Assembly (NCBI GenBank): GCA_963828165.1
Contig: CAWHDR010000001.1
Coordinates: forward strand, 1,920,001 to 1,984,000
Reading direction: 5' to 3'
DNA from: an uncultured Chloroflexia bacterium
Lineage (GTDB): Bacteria > Chloroflexota > Limnocylindria > Limnocylindrales > CSP1-4
Length of the DNA: 64,000 nt
The notes below the pieces were generated by a model. That model was not told the origin of the DNA, searched no databases, and worked only from the letters and a program-made list of their open reading frames with translations. Numbering within the stretch: the stretch's first letter is position 1; each line of letters starts with the position of its first letter. The position numbers and the translations under genes are program-made. Of this stretch, positions 9,704 to 19,056 are shown piece after piece.

Positions 9704-9712
9704 TGCTACGCT
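9704..9712 (+). promoter_or_regulatory. Extended -10 promoter candidate for the cobalamin operon
   Basis: TGcTACGCT just upstream of the riboswitch. Confidence 0.4.
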
Positions 9713-9724
9713 CCGCGCCGACGT

Positions 9725-9862
9725 CAGTCGAACGCCGCGTGGTCGCGAAGCCCGGTGAGATTCCGGCACAGTCCCGCTACGGTGAACCGCCCTCGGGCGG
9801 AAGTCCGGTCGCCGACCCCACGGTGCATGCTCGAACCTTCGAGAGAAAGGTAGGCAGGACCG
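9725..9862 (+). ncRNA. Cobalamin (B12) riboswitch
   Basis: Core GAAGCCCGGTGAGATTCCGGCACAGTCCCGCTACGGTGA...AAGTCCGGTCGCC resembles the B12 element and lies directly upstream of btuF and cob genes. Downstream CCTCCGG (9931) can pair with CCGGAGG (9953), covering the RBS. Confidence 0.85.
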
Positions 9863-9968
9863 TGCACACCATCCCCTGACCCCTCCTTCGACCCGCATCG
9901 AAGCGAGGGGTCTTGCGCGTGCCGCAGGCCCCTCCGGCTCCTCGAACCCGCCCCGGAGGAACCCCGCC

Positions 9969-10988
9969 GTGTCTCTACGCTCCCGACGCCGAGGCGTCGC
10001 CATGTCCCTGGCGTTGTCCGTCCTGTTGGCGGCCTGCGCCGCTCCCGCAGCGGCGCCGACGTCCGCGCCGTCGTCGGCGCCAGCCACCATGTCTGCACCG
10101 CCGCCCTCGACCGAACCCAGTCCGTCGGCGGCGGCCTTCCCCATGACGATCACCGACGACGAGGGCACCGAGGTCGAGCTCGCCGCCGAGCCCGAAGTCA
10201 TCGTGTCGCTCACGCCAGCCAACACCGAGATCCTCTTCGAGCTCGGAGCCGGCGCTCGGGTGGTGGCGACCGACGATGGGACCGACTATCCCGAAGCGGC
10301 TGTCGCGCTCCCCGACGTCGCGACATTCTCGAGCGTCGACGTGGAGCAGGTCGTCAATCTCGAACCGGATCTCGTCCTCGCCGGCGGCCTGGGATTCACG
10401 CCGGCCGACGTCATCACGCAGCTCCGTGCCCTCGATATCCCGGTGCTCGTCCTGTACGCGCCCTCGGTGGAGGGGGTATACCAGGACATCGAGCTCATCG
10501 GCACGGCCACCGGGACCAGCGAGGCCGCCGAGGCCGTGACGTCAGGCATGCGCGCCGAGATCGACGCGATCAGCGAGGCCGTCGCCGCCTCCGGGACACC
10601 GCCGCGCGTGTTCTACGAGATCGGCTACGACGGGACGACCGGGGCGATCTTCGCGCCCGCCGAGGACTCGTTCGTGGCCGAGATGGTGACGCTGGCGGGC
10701 GGTGACACGATCACGACCGGCGACCCGGCTACCTACGAGATCGCGCTCGAGCAGCTGATCGAGCAGGACCCCCAGGTCATCGTCCTCGGGATCAACCCGT
10801 TCTACGAGCCGACGCCCGAGGACGTGGCGGCGCGCCCCGGGTGGAAGGTGATGACGGCCGTCGCCAACGACGATGTCCGAACCGTCCGCGACACGGAGAT
10901 CACCCGGCCCGGGCCGCGCTTGCCGCTTGGGTTGCGAAACCTCGCGACGAGCATCCGGCCGGACGTCACCCTCCCGGCCGCGCCATAA
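9969..10988 (+). CDS. btuF: Cobalamin ABC transporter substrate-binding lipoprotein
   Basis: Lipobox LLAAC; FPMTITDDEG, IVSLTPANTEILFELG, ITRPGPR; riboswitch context. Confidence 0.85.
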   Translation: MSLRSRRRGVAMSLALSVLLAACAAPAAAPTSAPSSAPATMSAPPPSTEPSPSAAAFPMTITDDEGTEVELAAEPEVIVSLTPANTEILFELGAGARVVATDDGTDYPEAAVALPDVATFSSVDVEQVVNLEPDLVLAGGLGFTPADVITQLRALDIPVLVLYAPSVEGVYQDIELIGTATGTSEAAEAVTSGMRAEIDAISEAVAASGTPPRVFYEIGYDGTTGAIFAPAEDSFVAEMVTLAGGDTITTGDPATYEIALEQLIEQDPQVIVLGINPFYEPTPEDVAARPGWKVMTAVANDDVRTVRDTEITRPGPRLPLGLRNLATSIRPDVTLPAAP

Positions 10989-10993
10989 CCCGC

Positions 10994-12073
10994 ATGGCCG
11001 CCGGCGCCCTCGCACCCGACCTGGACTCCGGCGGCGGCGTCGCCGCATGGGTTCGCGGTCGGCCCGTCGTCGTCGGCGTGGGGGCCCTCGTCGTTCTCCT
11101 GGTCTCGGTGGTCCTTGGCGTCGGGCTCGGGTCCGTGCAGATCGGCCCAGGCGAGACGGTGGGCGTGATCCTGTGGCGGACGCTCGGCATCCGGATCGGC
11201 CTGGACTGGAGCGCAGCGAGCGAAGCGATCATCTGGGACCTGCGCCTGCCGCGAGTGCTCACGGCGATGGTGATCGGGTCGGGGCTCGCGGTCGCGGGCG
11301 CGACGTTCCAGGGATTGCTCCGCAACCCCCTGGCTGACCCCTACGTGCTGGGCACCGCTTCGGGCGCGGCACTCGGGGCGGCCATCGCGGTGCTGATCCC
11401 CGTCCAAATCGTGGTCGTACAGTTCGGGCTGCTGCACGCGTTCGCGTTTGCCGGAGCCATGTTGTCCGCCTACGTCGTGTTCCGGCTCGGTGGCTCCGGT
11501 GGGCCTGGCGGACTGACCCGCCTCCTCCTGACCGGCTACGCCGTCGGGTCCGTGCTCGCGGCGCTCCTCACGATGGCCATGTACGTGTCCGGTGCGGACC
11601 TGCGCCAGATCTTCTCGTTCCTGCTCGGCGGACTGGCGGGTGCATCGTGGCCCCGCCTCGCCATATCGGCGCCGCTGATCATCGGTGCCAGCGTCCTCAT
11701 GATCTTGCGATCTCGCGCTCTCGACGGCCTGCTCCTGGGCGATGCCGCGGCGGGTCACCTCGGCATCGACGTCCGGCGCGAACGGGGCATCCTGCTCGCG
11801 CTTGCGTCCCTGGCGACGGCGGCCGGCGTCGCGATCAGCGGGCTGATCGGCTTCGTTGGGCTGGTCGTGCCGCACGTCGTCCGCCTGGTGGTCGGCCCGG
11901 CGGCACGGCGGGTGCTGCCGATCTCCGCGATCTTCGGCGCGGCGCTCCTGTCCGCGGCCGACCTCGTCGCCCGCCTCGTCGGCGACATCCCGGTCGGCGT
12001 GGTGATGGCACTGCTGGGCGCGCCGTTCTTCCTGTTCCTCCTCCAGCGAACGCGCTCGAGCTACGAGCTGTGA
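10994..12073 (+). CDS. btuC: FecCD/BtuC-family permease
   Basis: IIWDLRLPRV, QGLLRNPLADPYVLG, GLIGFVGLVVPH, PVGVVMALLGAPFF. Confidence 0.88.
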   Translation: MAAGALAPDLDSGGGVAAWVRGRPVVVGVGALVVLLVSVVLGVGLGSVQIGPGETVGVILWRTLGIRIGLDWSAASEAIIWDLRLPRVLTAMVIGSGLAVAGATFQGLLRNPLADPYVLGTASGAALGAAIAVLIPVQIVVVQFGLLHAFAFAGAMLSAYVVFRLGGSGGPGGLTRLLLTGYAVGSVLAALLTMAMYVSGADLRQIFSFLLGGLAGASWPRLAISAPLIIGASVLMILRSRALDGLLLGDAAAGHLGIDVRRERGILLALASLATAAGVAISGLIGFVGLVVPHVVRLVVGPAARRVLPISAIFGAALLSAADLVARLVGDIPVGVVMALLGAPFFLFLLQRTRSSYEL

Positions 12074-12837
12074 CCGCCATGGAACCGATCCTCGCCGCGC
12101 ATGACGTCACGGTCGCCTACGGGGACCGGCGTGTCGTGTCCGGCGCGACGCTCGCGGTCGGGGGCGGCGAGCGTGTCGCCCTGGTCGGGCCGAACGGGGC
12201 CGGCAAGTCGAGCCTGCTACGCGCGATGACCGGCGTGCTGCGCGCGACCTCCGGCTCCGTCCACCTGTGTGGAGCTCCCATCGAGACGGCCGAACGCTCC
12301 GCCGTCGCGCGAACCATCGCGGTCGTCCCCGAGCTGATCCAACTGCCGTTCGAGATGCCGGTCCACGAGGTCGTGGCCCTGGGCCGGCTCCCGCACGAGC
12401 CGCCGTTCACCGGCCTGCGTCCGGCCGATCGCCTCGCCGTCACCGGCGCGATGGAACGAGTGGGCATCAGCCATCTCGGCCACCGTGACGTGCGCGAGCT
12501 GTCGATGGGCGAGCGCCAGCTGGTGTTCATCGCCGTGGCGGTCGCTCAGTCGGCGCAGATCCTGGTCCTCGACGAGCCGACCGCGCACCTCGACATCCGC
12601 CACCAAGTTGACGTCATGGAGCTGCTCGTTGACCTCAACCAGCGCGACGGCACGACGGTCGTGGCGGTCCTCCACGACTTGGCCCTCGCCGCACACTTCT
12701 TTCCTCGCGTGGCGGTCCTGAGCGAAGGCCGCATCGTGGCGGACGGATCGCCGGCCACGACCCTGGGGCCCGATCGGATCCGGTCGGTGTTCGGGGTCGA
12801 CCCCGCGCTCGTGCGCCTGCCGGTCGGGGCGAGCTGA
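12070..12837 (+). CDS. btuD: Cobalamin/iron-siderophore ABC ATPase
   Basis: GPNGAGKS, LSMGERQ, LVLDEPTAHLD, VLHDL; GTG at 12070 or ATG at 12079. Confidence 0.85.
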   Translation: MTAMEPILAAHDVTVAYGDRRVVSGATLAVGGGERVALVGPNGAGKSSLLRAMTGVLRATSGSVHLCGAPIETAERSAVARTIAVVPELIQLPFEMPVHEVVALGRLPHEPPFTGLRPADRLAVTGAMERVGISHLGHRDVRELSMGERQLVFIAVAVAQSAQILVLDEPTAHLDIRHQVDVMELLVDLNQRDGTTVVAVLHDLALAAHFFPRVAVLSEGRIVADGSPATTLGPDRIRSVFGVDPALVRLPVGAS

Positions 12838-12839
12838 CC

Positions 12840-13622
12840 ATGGAACGCATCGTGCCTCGTTCGGCGGGATCCGTCGGGGTGGTCGCGACGGTCAAGGCTG
12901 CGGTCGGACTCCTGACCCGGCTGCCCATTGGCGCCGTCGCGGACGTCCCAGGCGCAGCAGCTTTCGCCCTCGTCGGGGCGGCCGTCGGGGCCTTCGCCGG
13001 GGTCGCTCTCGTGGCCCTGGCCTTGGCCGGCGAGCCGGTGCTGGGTTCGATCGCCGCGGTCGGGCTGCTTGCCGCGGTGTCGGGCGGGCTGCACCTGGAC
13101 GGACTGGCCGATACGACCGACGCCCTGGTGGCACCAGACGCCTCTGCCGCGGAACGTGCGCGGGAGGATCCCGCGGTGGGACCTGGCGGCGCGGTCGCGC
13201 TCGCACTCGTCCTGGGCGCCGAGATCGCCGCGATCGCCTCGGTGGCGGCGTCGTGGAGCCCCATCGTTGCCGGAGCGGCCGTCGTCATCGGCGGCGCGTC
13301 GTCGCGCTGGATGCCGGTCCTCGCCGTCGTCGTGCTCCGGGACCGGGTCGGACTCGACGGCCTCGGCGGCTGGTTCACCAACGCCGTGTCGGGTCGCGAC
13401 GCGATCGTGGGCGCCGTGACGGTCGCGCTGGCCATGGGTGCCGGCATCGCCATCGGAGGATGGGCACTCGGGCTGGGGACGCTGATCGGAGCGGCGGCCG
13501 GCATCGGCGCGACCGCTGGCATCACCCGGGCCCGCGGCCGGCTCGACGGAGACGGCCTGGGTGCGTCCGTCGAGATCACGTTGACGGCGACGCTCGTATG
13601 TCTGGCCGTGGTCGCGCCGTGA
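12840..13622 (+). CDS. cobS: Adenosylcobinamide-GDP ribazoletransferase (cobalamin synthase)
   Basis: LLTRLP, GGLHLDGLADTTD, EDPAVGPGG, GDGLGA; hydrophobic; cob context. Confidence 0.85.
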   Translation: MERIVPRSAGSVGVVATVKAAVGLLTRLPIGAVADVPGAAAFALVGAAVGAFAGVALVALALAGEPVLGSIAAVGLLAAVSGGLHLDGLADTTDALVAPDASAAERAREDPAVGPGGAVALALVLGAEIAAIASVAASWSPIVAGAAVVIGGASSRWMPVLAVVVLRDRVGLDGLGGWFTNAVSGRDAIVGAVTVALAMGAGIAIGGWALGLGTLIGAAAGIGATAGITRARGRLDGDGLGASVEITLTATLVCLAVVAP

Positions 13623-13644
13623 CCGAGGCGACGGAGGTGCGGCC

Positions 13645-14190
13645 GTGGCGAGCCCCCTGATCTTCGCCGTCGGCGGTACGCGCAGCGGCAAGAGCCGGTT
13701 CGGCCTGGCGGCCACGAAGCGGCTGGCGGGTGACGGCCGAGCGTGGTTCCTCGGGACCGCATGGCCCGGCGACCCCGAGCTCGACGACCGGATCGCCCGA
13801 CATCGGCGAGAGCGCCCGGCCTCGTGGCCGACGATCGAGGTGGGGCCGGACCTGGTCGCCGCCCTCGCACGTACGGACCCATGGGAGCCGGTCCTCATCG
13901 ATGGATTGACGCTCTGGCTCAGCACGCTGCTCGGTGACGACGTTCCGGACATCGACCCGATCCTGGACGGGCCGGTCGCTGCCGGCTTCGCGGCGATCGC
14001 GACGCGCCCGGGTCCCGTGGTCGTGGTGAGCGACGAAGTCGGGCTTGGGATCGTCCCGATGCATGCCGGCGCCCGCGCCTACCGCGATCTCGTCGGAATC
14101 GCCCACCAGCGGCTCGCGGCGATGGCGGACGAGGCATACCTGCTCGTGGCGGGCCTACCGGTGACGTTGAAGGGAGCAGACCCGTCGTGA
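13645..14190 (+). CDS. cobU: Adenosylcobinamide kinase/cobinamide-phosphate guanylyltransferase
   Basis: GGTRSGKSRF, RIARHRRER, LIDGLTLWL, VSDEVGLGIVP, LLVAGLP. Confidence 0.9.
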   Translation: MASPLIFAVGGTRSGKSRFGLAATKRLAGDGRAWFLGTAWPGDPELDDRIARHRRERPASWPTIEVGPDLVAALARTDPWEPVLIDGLTLWLSTLLGDDVPDIDPILDGPVAAGFAAIATRPGPVVVVSDEVGLGIVPMHAGARAYRDLVGIAHQRLAAMADEAYLLVAGLPVTLKGADPS

Positions 14191-15317
14191 CCGCTCGCGT
14201 CGCCGTCGGCCTCGATGACACGCTCGCCGCGATCGCCGGTCTCGGCTCGCTGGATGAGAGGGCGATGGCGGGCGCCCGGGCTCACCTCGATGGTCTGACG
14301 AAGCCGCCGGGCAGCCTCGGCCGGCTCGAGGAGCTGGTCATCGACATGGCCGGCATCACCGGGCAGCCGTTTCCGCCGATGGTTCAGCGAGCGATCGTCG
14401 TCGCGGCCGGCGACCACGGCGTCGCCAGGCGGGGAGTCTCGGCCTACCCCTCGGACGTGACGGCCCAGATGCTCGCCAACTTCGTGGCGGGTGGGGCGGC
14501 CATCAACGTCCTGGCGGAAGCGGTCGGAGCGTCGCTCACCGTGGTCGACGTGGGTGTCGCCGGCCCGGTCGCTCCGACACAACCCGGCGACGAGCGTGGC
14601 GGCCGCCTGGTCCGTGGTCGGATCCGATCCGGGACGGCGGATATGACCGAAGGCCCGGCGATGACCCGGTCAGAGGCGCTCCGTTCGATCGACGTCGGCC
14701 TGGACCTCGTCGCCGATCTGCGCGCTTCGGGCGTCGAGCTCGTCGGCATCGGCGAGATGGGCATCGGCAATACCACGGCTGCGAGCGCGATCGTGGCCGT
14801 GCAGACGGGAGCGATGCCGGCCGCCGTGACCGGCCGCGGGACCGGCATCGATGACGCGTCACACCGGCGCAAGATCGCGATCATCGAGCAAGCGATCGCC
14901 CGCAACACACCCGACTCGGCCGACCCGATCGGCGTCCTCGCCGCGGTCGGCGGGCTCGAGATCGGAGCGTTGGTCGGCGTCATCCTGGGTGCCGTTGCTA
15001 ACCGAGTGCCCGTGGTCCTGGACGGGTTCATCACCGGCGCGGCCGCGCTCCTGGCGACCGGGCTAGCGCCGGGGATCGCGGGACGCGTCATCGCCGCGCA
15101 CCGCAGCATCGAGCCCGGTCACTCCATCGTGCTCGAGCGATTGGGCCTGCTGCCGCTGCTGGACCTCGACCTCCGGCTCGGCGAGGGGACGGGAGCGGCC
15201 CTCGCCATCGGTCTGATCGATGCAGCCGTGCGACTCCGCGACGGGATGGCGACCTTCGCATCGGCTGCCGTTTCCGGGCCGCTCGAGGCAACCACTGGAC
15301 CCGGCGCGCCGGCGTGA
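14187..15317 (+). CDS. cobT: Nicotinate-nucleotide-dimethylbenzimidazole phosphoribosyltransferase
   Basis: LTKPPGSLGRLE, AGDHGV, GEMGIGNTT, VGGLEI, LRLGEGTGA. Confidence 0.93.
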   Translation: MTARVAVGLDDTLAAIAGLGSLDERAMAGARAHLDGLTKPPGSLGRLEELVIDMAGITGQPFPPMVQRAIVVAAGDHGVARRGVSAYPSDVTAQMLANFVAGGAAINVLAEAVGASLTVVDVGVAGPVAPTQPGDERGGRLVRGRIRSGTADMTEGPAMTRSEALRSIDVGLDLVADLRASGVELVGIGEMGIGNTTAASAIVAVQTGAMPAAVTGRGTGIDDASHRRKIAIIEQAIARNTPDSADPIGVLAAVGGLEIGALVGVILGAVANRVPVVLDGFITGAAALLATGLAPGIAGRVIAAHRSIEPGHSIVLERLGLLPLLDLDLRLGEGTGAALAIGLIDAAVRLRDGMATFASAAVSGPLEATTGPGAPA

Positions 15318-15907
15318 AGGACGTCGTCTTCGTCCGCCATGCGTCGACGAGCTGGACGGGATGCCGGTACTGCGGCCGGAGCGACCCGCCCCTCGACGCC
15401 CCGGGCCTCGCCGCCGCGCGAGTACTCGCCGCGGAGCTCGCCCCGACCCTGCCGCGTGGTGTACTCCTGCTCACAAGCCCGGCGCGTCGGGCGCGCGCGA
15501 CGGCCGAGATGATTGCGTCCGCCGCCGATGTCACCGCAGTGGAGGTCGACGATCGCTGGCGCGAAGCGGATTTCGGCATCGCTGAAGGCCGCACGTTCGA
15601 CGAGCTTGCCGAGATCGAGCCGCAGCTCGCCGAGGACGTGGCCCGAGGGGTCACGGACATCGACTGGCCCGGAGGCGAGACAGCCGCGAACCTGGGCGCG
15701 CGGATCGAGGAGGCATGGACCGCGCTCATCGCCCGTGGCCGACCTGCGGTCGTCGTCTCGCATGCCGGGGCCATCCGTCACGCCGTGGCCCTCGCGCGCT
15801 GCCTCCCGACCGACGCGGTCGCGGTGCTGGCTCCAGCGACATCCGTTCGTGTGGAGGTCCTCCCGGAGGGGGAGGAATCTGCACGCGTGCTACCCTCCCG
15901 TCCGTGA
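15314..15907 (+). CDS. cobC: Histidine phosphatase, alpha-ribazole phosphatase-like
   Basis: VRHA, SPARRA, EADFGIAEG, PGGE, VSHAG; coupled to cobT. Confidence 0.75.
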   Translation: MKDVVFVRHASTSWTGCRYCGRSDPPLDAPGLAAARVLAAELAPTLPRGVLLLTSPARRARATAEMIASAADVTAVEVDDRWREADFGIAEGRTFDELAEIEPQLAEDVARGVTDIDWPGGETAANLGARIEEAWTALIARGRPAVVVSHAGAIRHAVALARCLPTDAVAVLAPATSVRVEVLPEGEESARVLPSRP

Positions 15908-16641
15908 CGCGACCTCGATCGAGCGCGCCGGCACGTTCCCGCCCGGCCCGTCGTCGGTCCCACCCATGGCTGCTTCTCCCGGTCCTCGCGGCGCTGCTCG
16001 TCGTGGGCTGCATCGGGCAGGACGAGGTCCGCGACGACCCGACGCCCTCACCAGCAGCCAGCGCGAGCGTGGCCGCTCCGTCTGTCGCGCCGACCGCCGA
16101 GGCCAGCGCGTCCGCGGAAATTTCAGCGCCGGCGACGGCGGAGCCGACCCCGTCCGAGGCCGCAGCCCCGAGCCCGACCGTCCCAGCGAGCGAAGAGCCG
16201 TCGCCGTCGGGCGAGGCGGGATCCGCGGCCGCCTGCAGTGGCAACGACGACAACCGCTCGTTCTTCTCGGACGCCGCCAACGCCTTCGACTGGCCCGTGT
16301 ACTGCGCAGTCCTGCCGGCCCGCTGGTTCGTCGCGGACGGCCAGTACCGGTCGGCCAGGGGTGGCTGGCTCGAGATCTTCTACCAAGGCCCGGGAGGCGC
16401 GCGGTTCGAGCTGCATGAGGGCGGCTTCTGCGAAGCCGCCGACGGGTGCGTGCCGGGCGGGCTCGAGGCCGGCACGGCGGCGTTCGGGGACCAGTCGGGG
16501 GGGTTGGTGCATGTCGTCGACGGCCGTTTCGCGATCGTCGTCGATCGCGGCGCCGCTCGCAGTTGGCTGGCCATCGGGCAGGGCATGGACATCGAAACGT
16601 TCAAGGGCCTGGCTGCGGCCCTGACGCGCGTCGAGGATTAG
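15904..16641 (+). CDS. Putative lipoprotein with P/S/A/T stalk and Cys-containing domain
   Basis: LLVVGC lipobox; GTGA overlap with cobC. Confidence 0.6.
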   Translation: MTRPRSSAPARSRPARRRSHPWLLLPVLAALLVVGCIGQDEVRDDPTPSPAASASVAAPSVAPTAEASASAEISAPATAEPTPSEAAAPSPTVPASEEPSPSGEAGSAAACSGNDDNRSFFSDAANAFDWPVYCAVLPARWFVADGQYRSARGGWLEIFYQGPGGARFELHEGGFCEAADGCVPGGLEAGTAAFGDQSGGLVHVVDGRFAIVVDRGAARSWLAIGQGMDIETFKGLAAALTRVED

Positions 16642-16653
16642 CCCTCGGCGAGT

Positions 16654-17592
16654 TCAGTCGGGAGGGTTCGGCGAGCCCAGCGCGGCAGCCGCCAGGTCCG
16701 CCACGGCGTCGACCGTCTTCGCGAGATCGCCCCCGCTCCCGGTCATGACCGCGGTCGCCCCGAACCCGAGTATCGGCTTGCCGCTCGCGGCGATGACCCG
16801 GATCGCCTCGGTGGCCGTGGCCAGGGCCAGGCCATCCGGCTCGGGTGTCGCGACGGCCCAGCCCTCGGCGCTGTCGAGGACGTCGAGATCGAATGCGATG
16901 TACCACCCGTCGATCCGGCTCGCGACCGACGTGCTCCAGCCGGCGACCGCGGCTCGTCCGGCCTCGCCCGCAAGCATCCCGGCGCCGAAGTGCGCGACCG
17001 GGCTCGAGGCGAGCATCCGGGACTCGGCCTCGTCGAGGACCTGGCCGCCGAACAGCCCGGCGTTCGCTGCATCCACGGTCGGACCGTCGACGGCGGCGAC
17101 GAGATCGGGATCGCCACGGCCACACGCCATCGCGAACGGCATGCCCCAGACGTTGCCCGACGGGGTCGTATCCGGTGTGTTGAAGTCGCCGTGCGCGTCG
17201 AACCACGCCAGCCCGAGGCGGATCCCCGGTCGTGACCGCCGGATCCCGGCCAGGGCCCCGGCGTGGCTGGTGCAGTCGCCACCGAGCACGAGCAGCTGCG
17301 CCCCGTCCCCGCCGGCGGCGAGCCCGTCGGCCACGTGGCCCGCCAGCCTCGGCAGGTACTCGAGCAGGAGCCCGCGGTTCTTCATTCGCGGGTCGGGATC
17401 AGGCGCCCAACCCGGGTCGTTGATGGCGTCCCCGCGATCCAGGACCGGTCGGTCCGCTGTGGCGCGGCGAGTCGCGAGGAGGTCCTGCAACCCGTGCGCG
17501 CGGAACTCGGTGGGCGTACGTTCCATGCCCGCGAAATGGCCGCCCAGCGCGGTCGGCGAACCGACGACGACGATGGGGTCGATCCTTGGCAT
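16654..17592 (-). CDS. Arginase/ureohydrolase-family protein
   Basis: LGGDCTSH, WFDAHGDFNTPDTTPSGNVWGMP, FDLDVLD. Confidence 0.85.
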   Translation of the reverse strand: MPRIDPIVVVGSPTALGGHFAGMERTPTEFRAHGLQDLLATRRATADRPVLDRGDAINDPGWAPDPDPRMKNRGLLLEYLPRLAGHVADGLAAGGDGAQLLVLGGDCTSHAGALAGIRRSRPGIRLGLAWFDAHGDFNTPDTTPSGNVWGMPFAMACGRGDPDLVAAVDGPTVDAANAGLFGGQVLDEAESRMLASSPVAHFGAGMLAGEAGRAAVAGWSTSVASRIDGWYIAFDLDVLDSAEGWAVATPEPDGLALATATEAIRVIAASGKPILGFGATAVMTGSGGDLAKTVDAVADLAAAALGSPNPPD

Positions 17593-17667
17593 CCCGAGAG
17601 CATAGGTGCTTGCGGCGGCCCCCGGGCCGTGCCCACGGGCCGCGAGCCCGTCCGCCACAATCGCGAG

Positions 17668-18792
17668 ATGCGCATCGCCGACTTCGCCCTGGAGCGCTAC
17701 TTCGCCCGCTGGGAGTTCTCCGTCCAGCACCTGCTCTGCGCCTCGGACGTGCAGGGCTATCCGATGAGCGACCTCCTCGCCCTGGCCGACGACGAGACCC
17801 GCGCCCTGTGGGACGGCCTGACCCTGGGGTACTCGGAATCGAGCGGTCACCCGCTCCTGCGCCGCGAGATCGCCGCGCTGTACGACGGCCTCGCGCCCGA
17901 GGACGTGCTCGTCTTCGCCGGGGCCGAGGAGGGGATCTTCTGTCTCGCCAACGTGCTGCTTGGGCCAGGCGACCATGCCGTCGTGACGTGGCCCGGCTAT
18001 CAGAGCCTCTACGAGATCGGCCGGGCGACCGGGGCGGACGTGACCCTGCACGAACTGCGAGAGGACGCCGGCTGGGCGCTCGATCTGGAGCTCATCCGCC
18101 GGCAGGTCACATCCGCGACCAGGCTCATCGTCGTGAACGCGCCCCACAACCCCACCGGCATGCAGCCGGACCGGTCCACGTTCGATGGCCTCGTGTCCAT
18201 CGCCGAGGAAGCCGGTGCCTACCTGCTGCTGGACGAGGTCTATCGATTCCTCGAGTTCGACGAGGGCGATCGTCTTCCGGCAGCCGCCGACGCGACTGAC
18301 CGCGGCATCTCGCTGGGAGTCATGTCGAAATCCTTCGCGCTGGCCGGGCTGCGCATCGGCTGGCTCGCCACGCACGATCGCGGCCTGCTCGAACGCTGCG
18401 CGTCATTCAAGGATTACACGACCATCTGCGCCTCGGCGCCGTCGGAGATCCTCGCGATCATCGGGCTTCGTGCGCGCGAGACGGTCCTGGACCGGTCCCG
18501 TGGGATCGTCGCCGCGAACATGGAGCGGCTGGACACGTTCTTCGAGGAGTGGGCGGACCGCTTCACCTGGGTGCGCCCGCGGGCCGGATCGATCGGGTTC
18601 CCACGGCTGACCGTGCCGGGCGTCGGTATCGACGATTGGGCTGCCGGGCTGGTCGAAACGGAGGGTGTCCTGCTGCTGCCGGGCTCGCAGTTCGGCTTCG
18701 GCGGGAACCACTTCCGGTTGGGCTTCGGGCGGACCGACCTGCCGGAGGCCCTCGAGCGGCTCGAAGGGTACGCGGCCCGGACGCTTCGCTGA
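17668..18792 (+). CDS. PLP-dependent class I/II aminotransferase-family protein
   Basis: NAPHNPTG, LDEVYR, GVMSKSFALAGLRIGW. Confidence 0.9.
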   Translation: MRIADFALERYFARWEFSVQHLLCASDVQGYPMSDLLALADDETRALWDGLTLGYSESSGHPLLRREIAALYDGLAPEDVLVFAGAEEGIFCLANVLLGPGDHAVVTWPGYQSLYEIGRATGADVTLHELREDAGWALDLELIRRQVTSATRLIVVNAPHNPTGMQPDRSTFDGLVSIAEEAGAYLLLDEVYRFLEFDEGDRLPAAADATDRGISLGVMSKSFALAGLRIGWLATHDRGLLERCASFKDYTTICASAPSEILAIIGLRARETVLDRSRGIVAANMERLDTFFEEWADRFTWVRPRAGSIGFPRLTVPGVGIDDWAAGLVETEGVLLLPGSQFGFGGNHFRLGFGRTDLPEALERLEGYAARTLR

Positions 18793-18870
18793 CCGTGCCG
18801 CGCCCGTCGGCGCGCATCACCGAAACCATCCGTACCCCCCTCGGCTTCACCACGTCCCGGACGTTTGGAT

Positions 18871-18933
18871 GGGGCTCGGGCAGGACTTGCACCGACGCAC
18901 CGTTGCGTCGAGGAACCGTCCTGCCCGAGCCCC
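18871..18933. repeat. Perfect 16-bp inverted repeat enclosing a 7-bp hairpin
   Basis: GGGGCTCGGGCAGGAC (18871-18886) and GTCCTGCCCGAGCCCC (18918-18933); inner CGACGCA-ccgt-TGCGTCG. Confidence 0.75.
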
Positions 18934-19056
18934 CGAACCGAGGCGACTACTTTCTCCCTTCGGGGTGGGGGGTATTCAGTCCTAGTCTGCGGAGCCCGTC
19001 GGGGGACGGTTGCCTGGATCGAATGACCCAGGGCTGTCACCGGGAGATACGCCAAA

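Noticed and set aside
18871-18933. SRP RNA, tRNA or IS terminal repeats
   Set aside because: No SRP GGAA-loop motif, no cloverleaf, and no transposase nearby.
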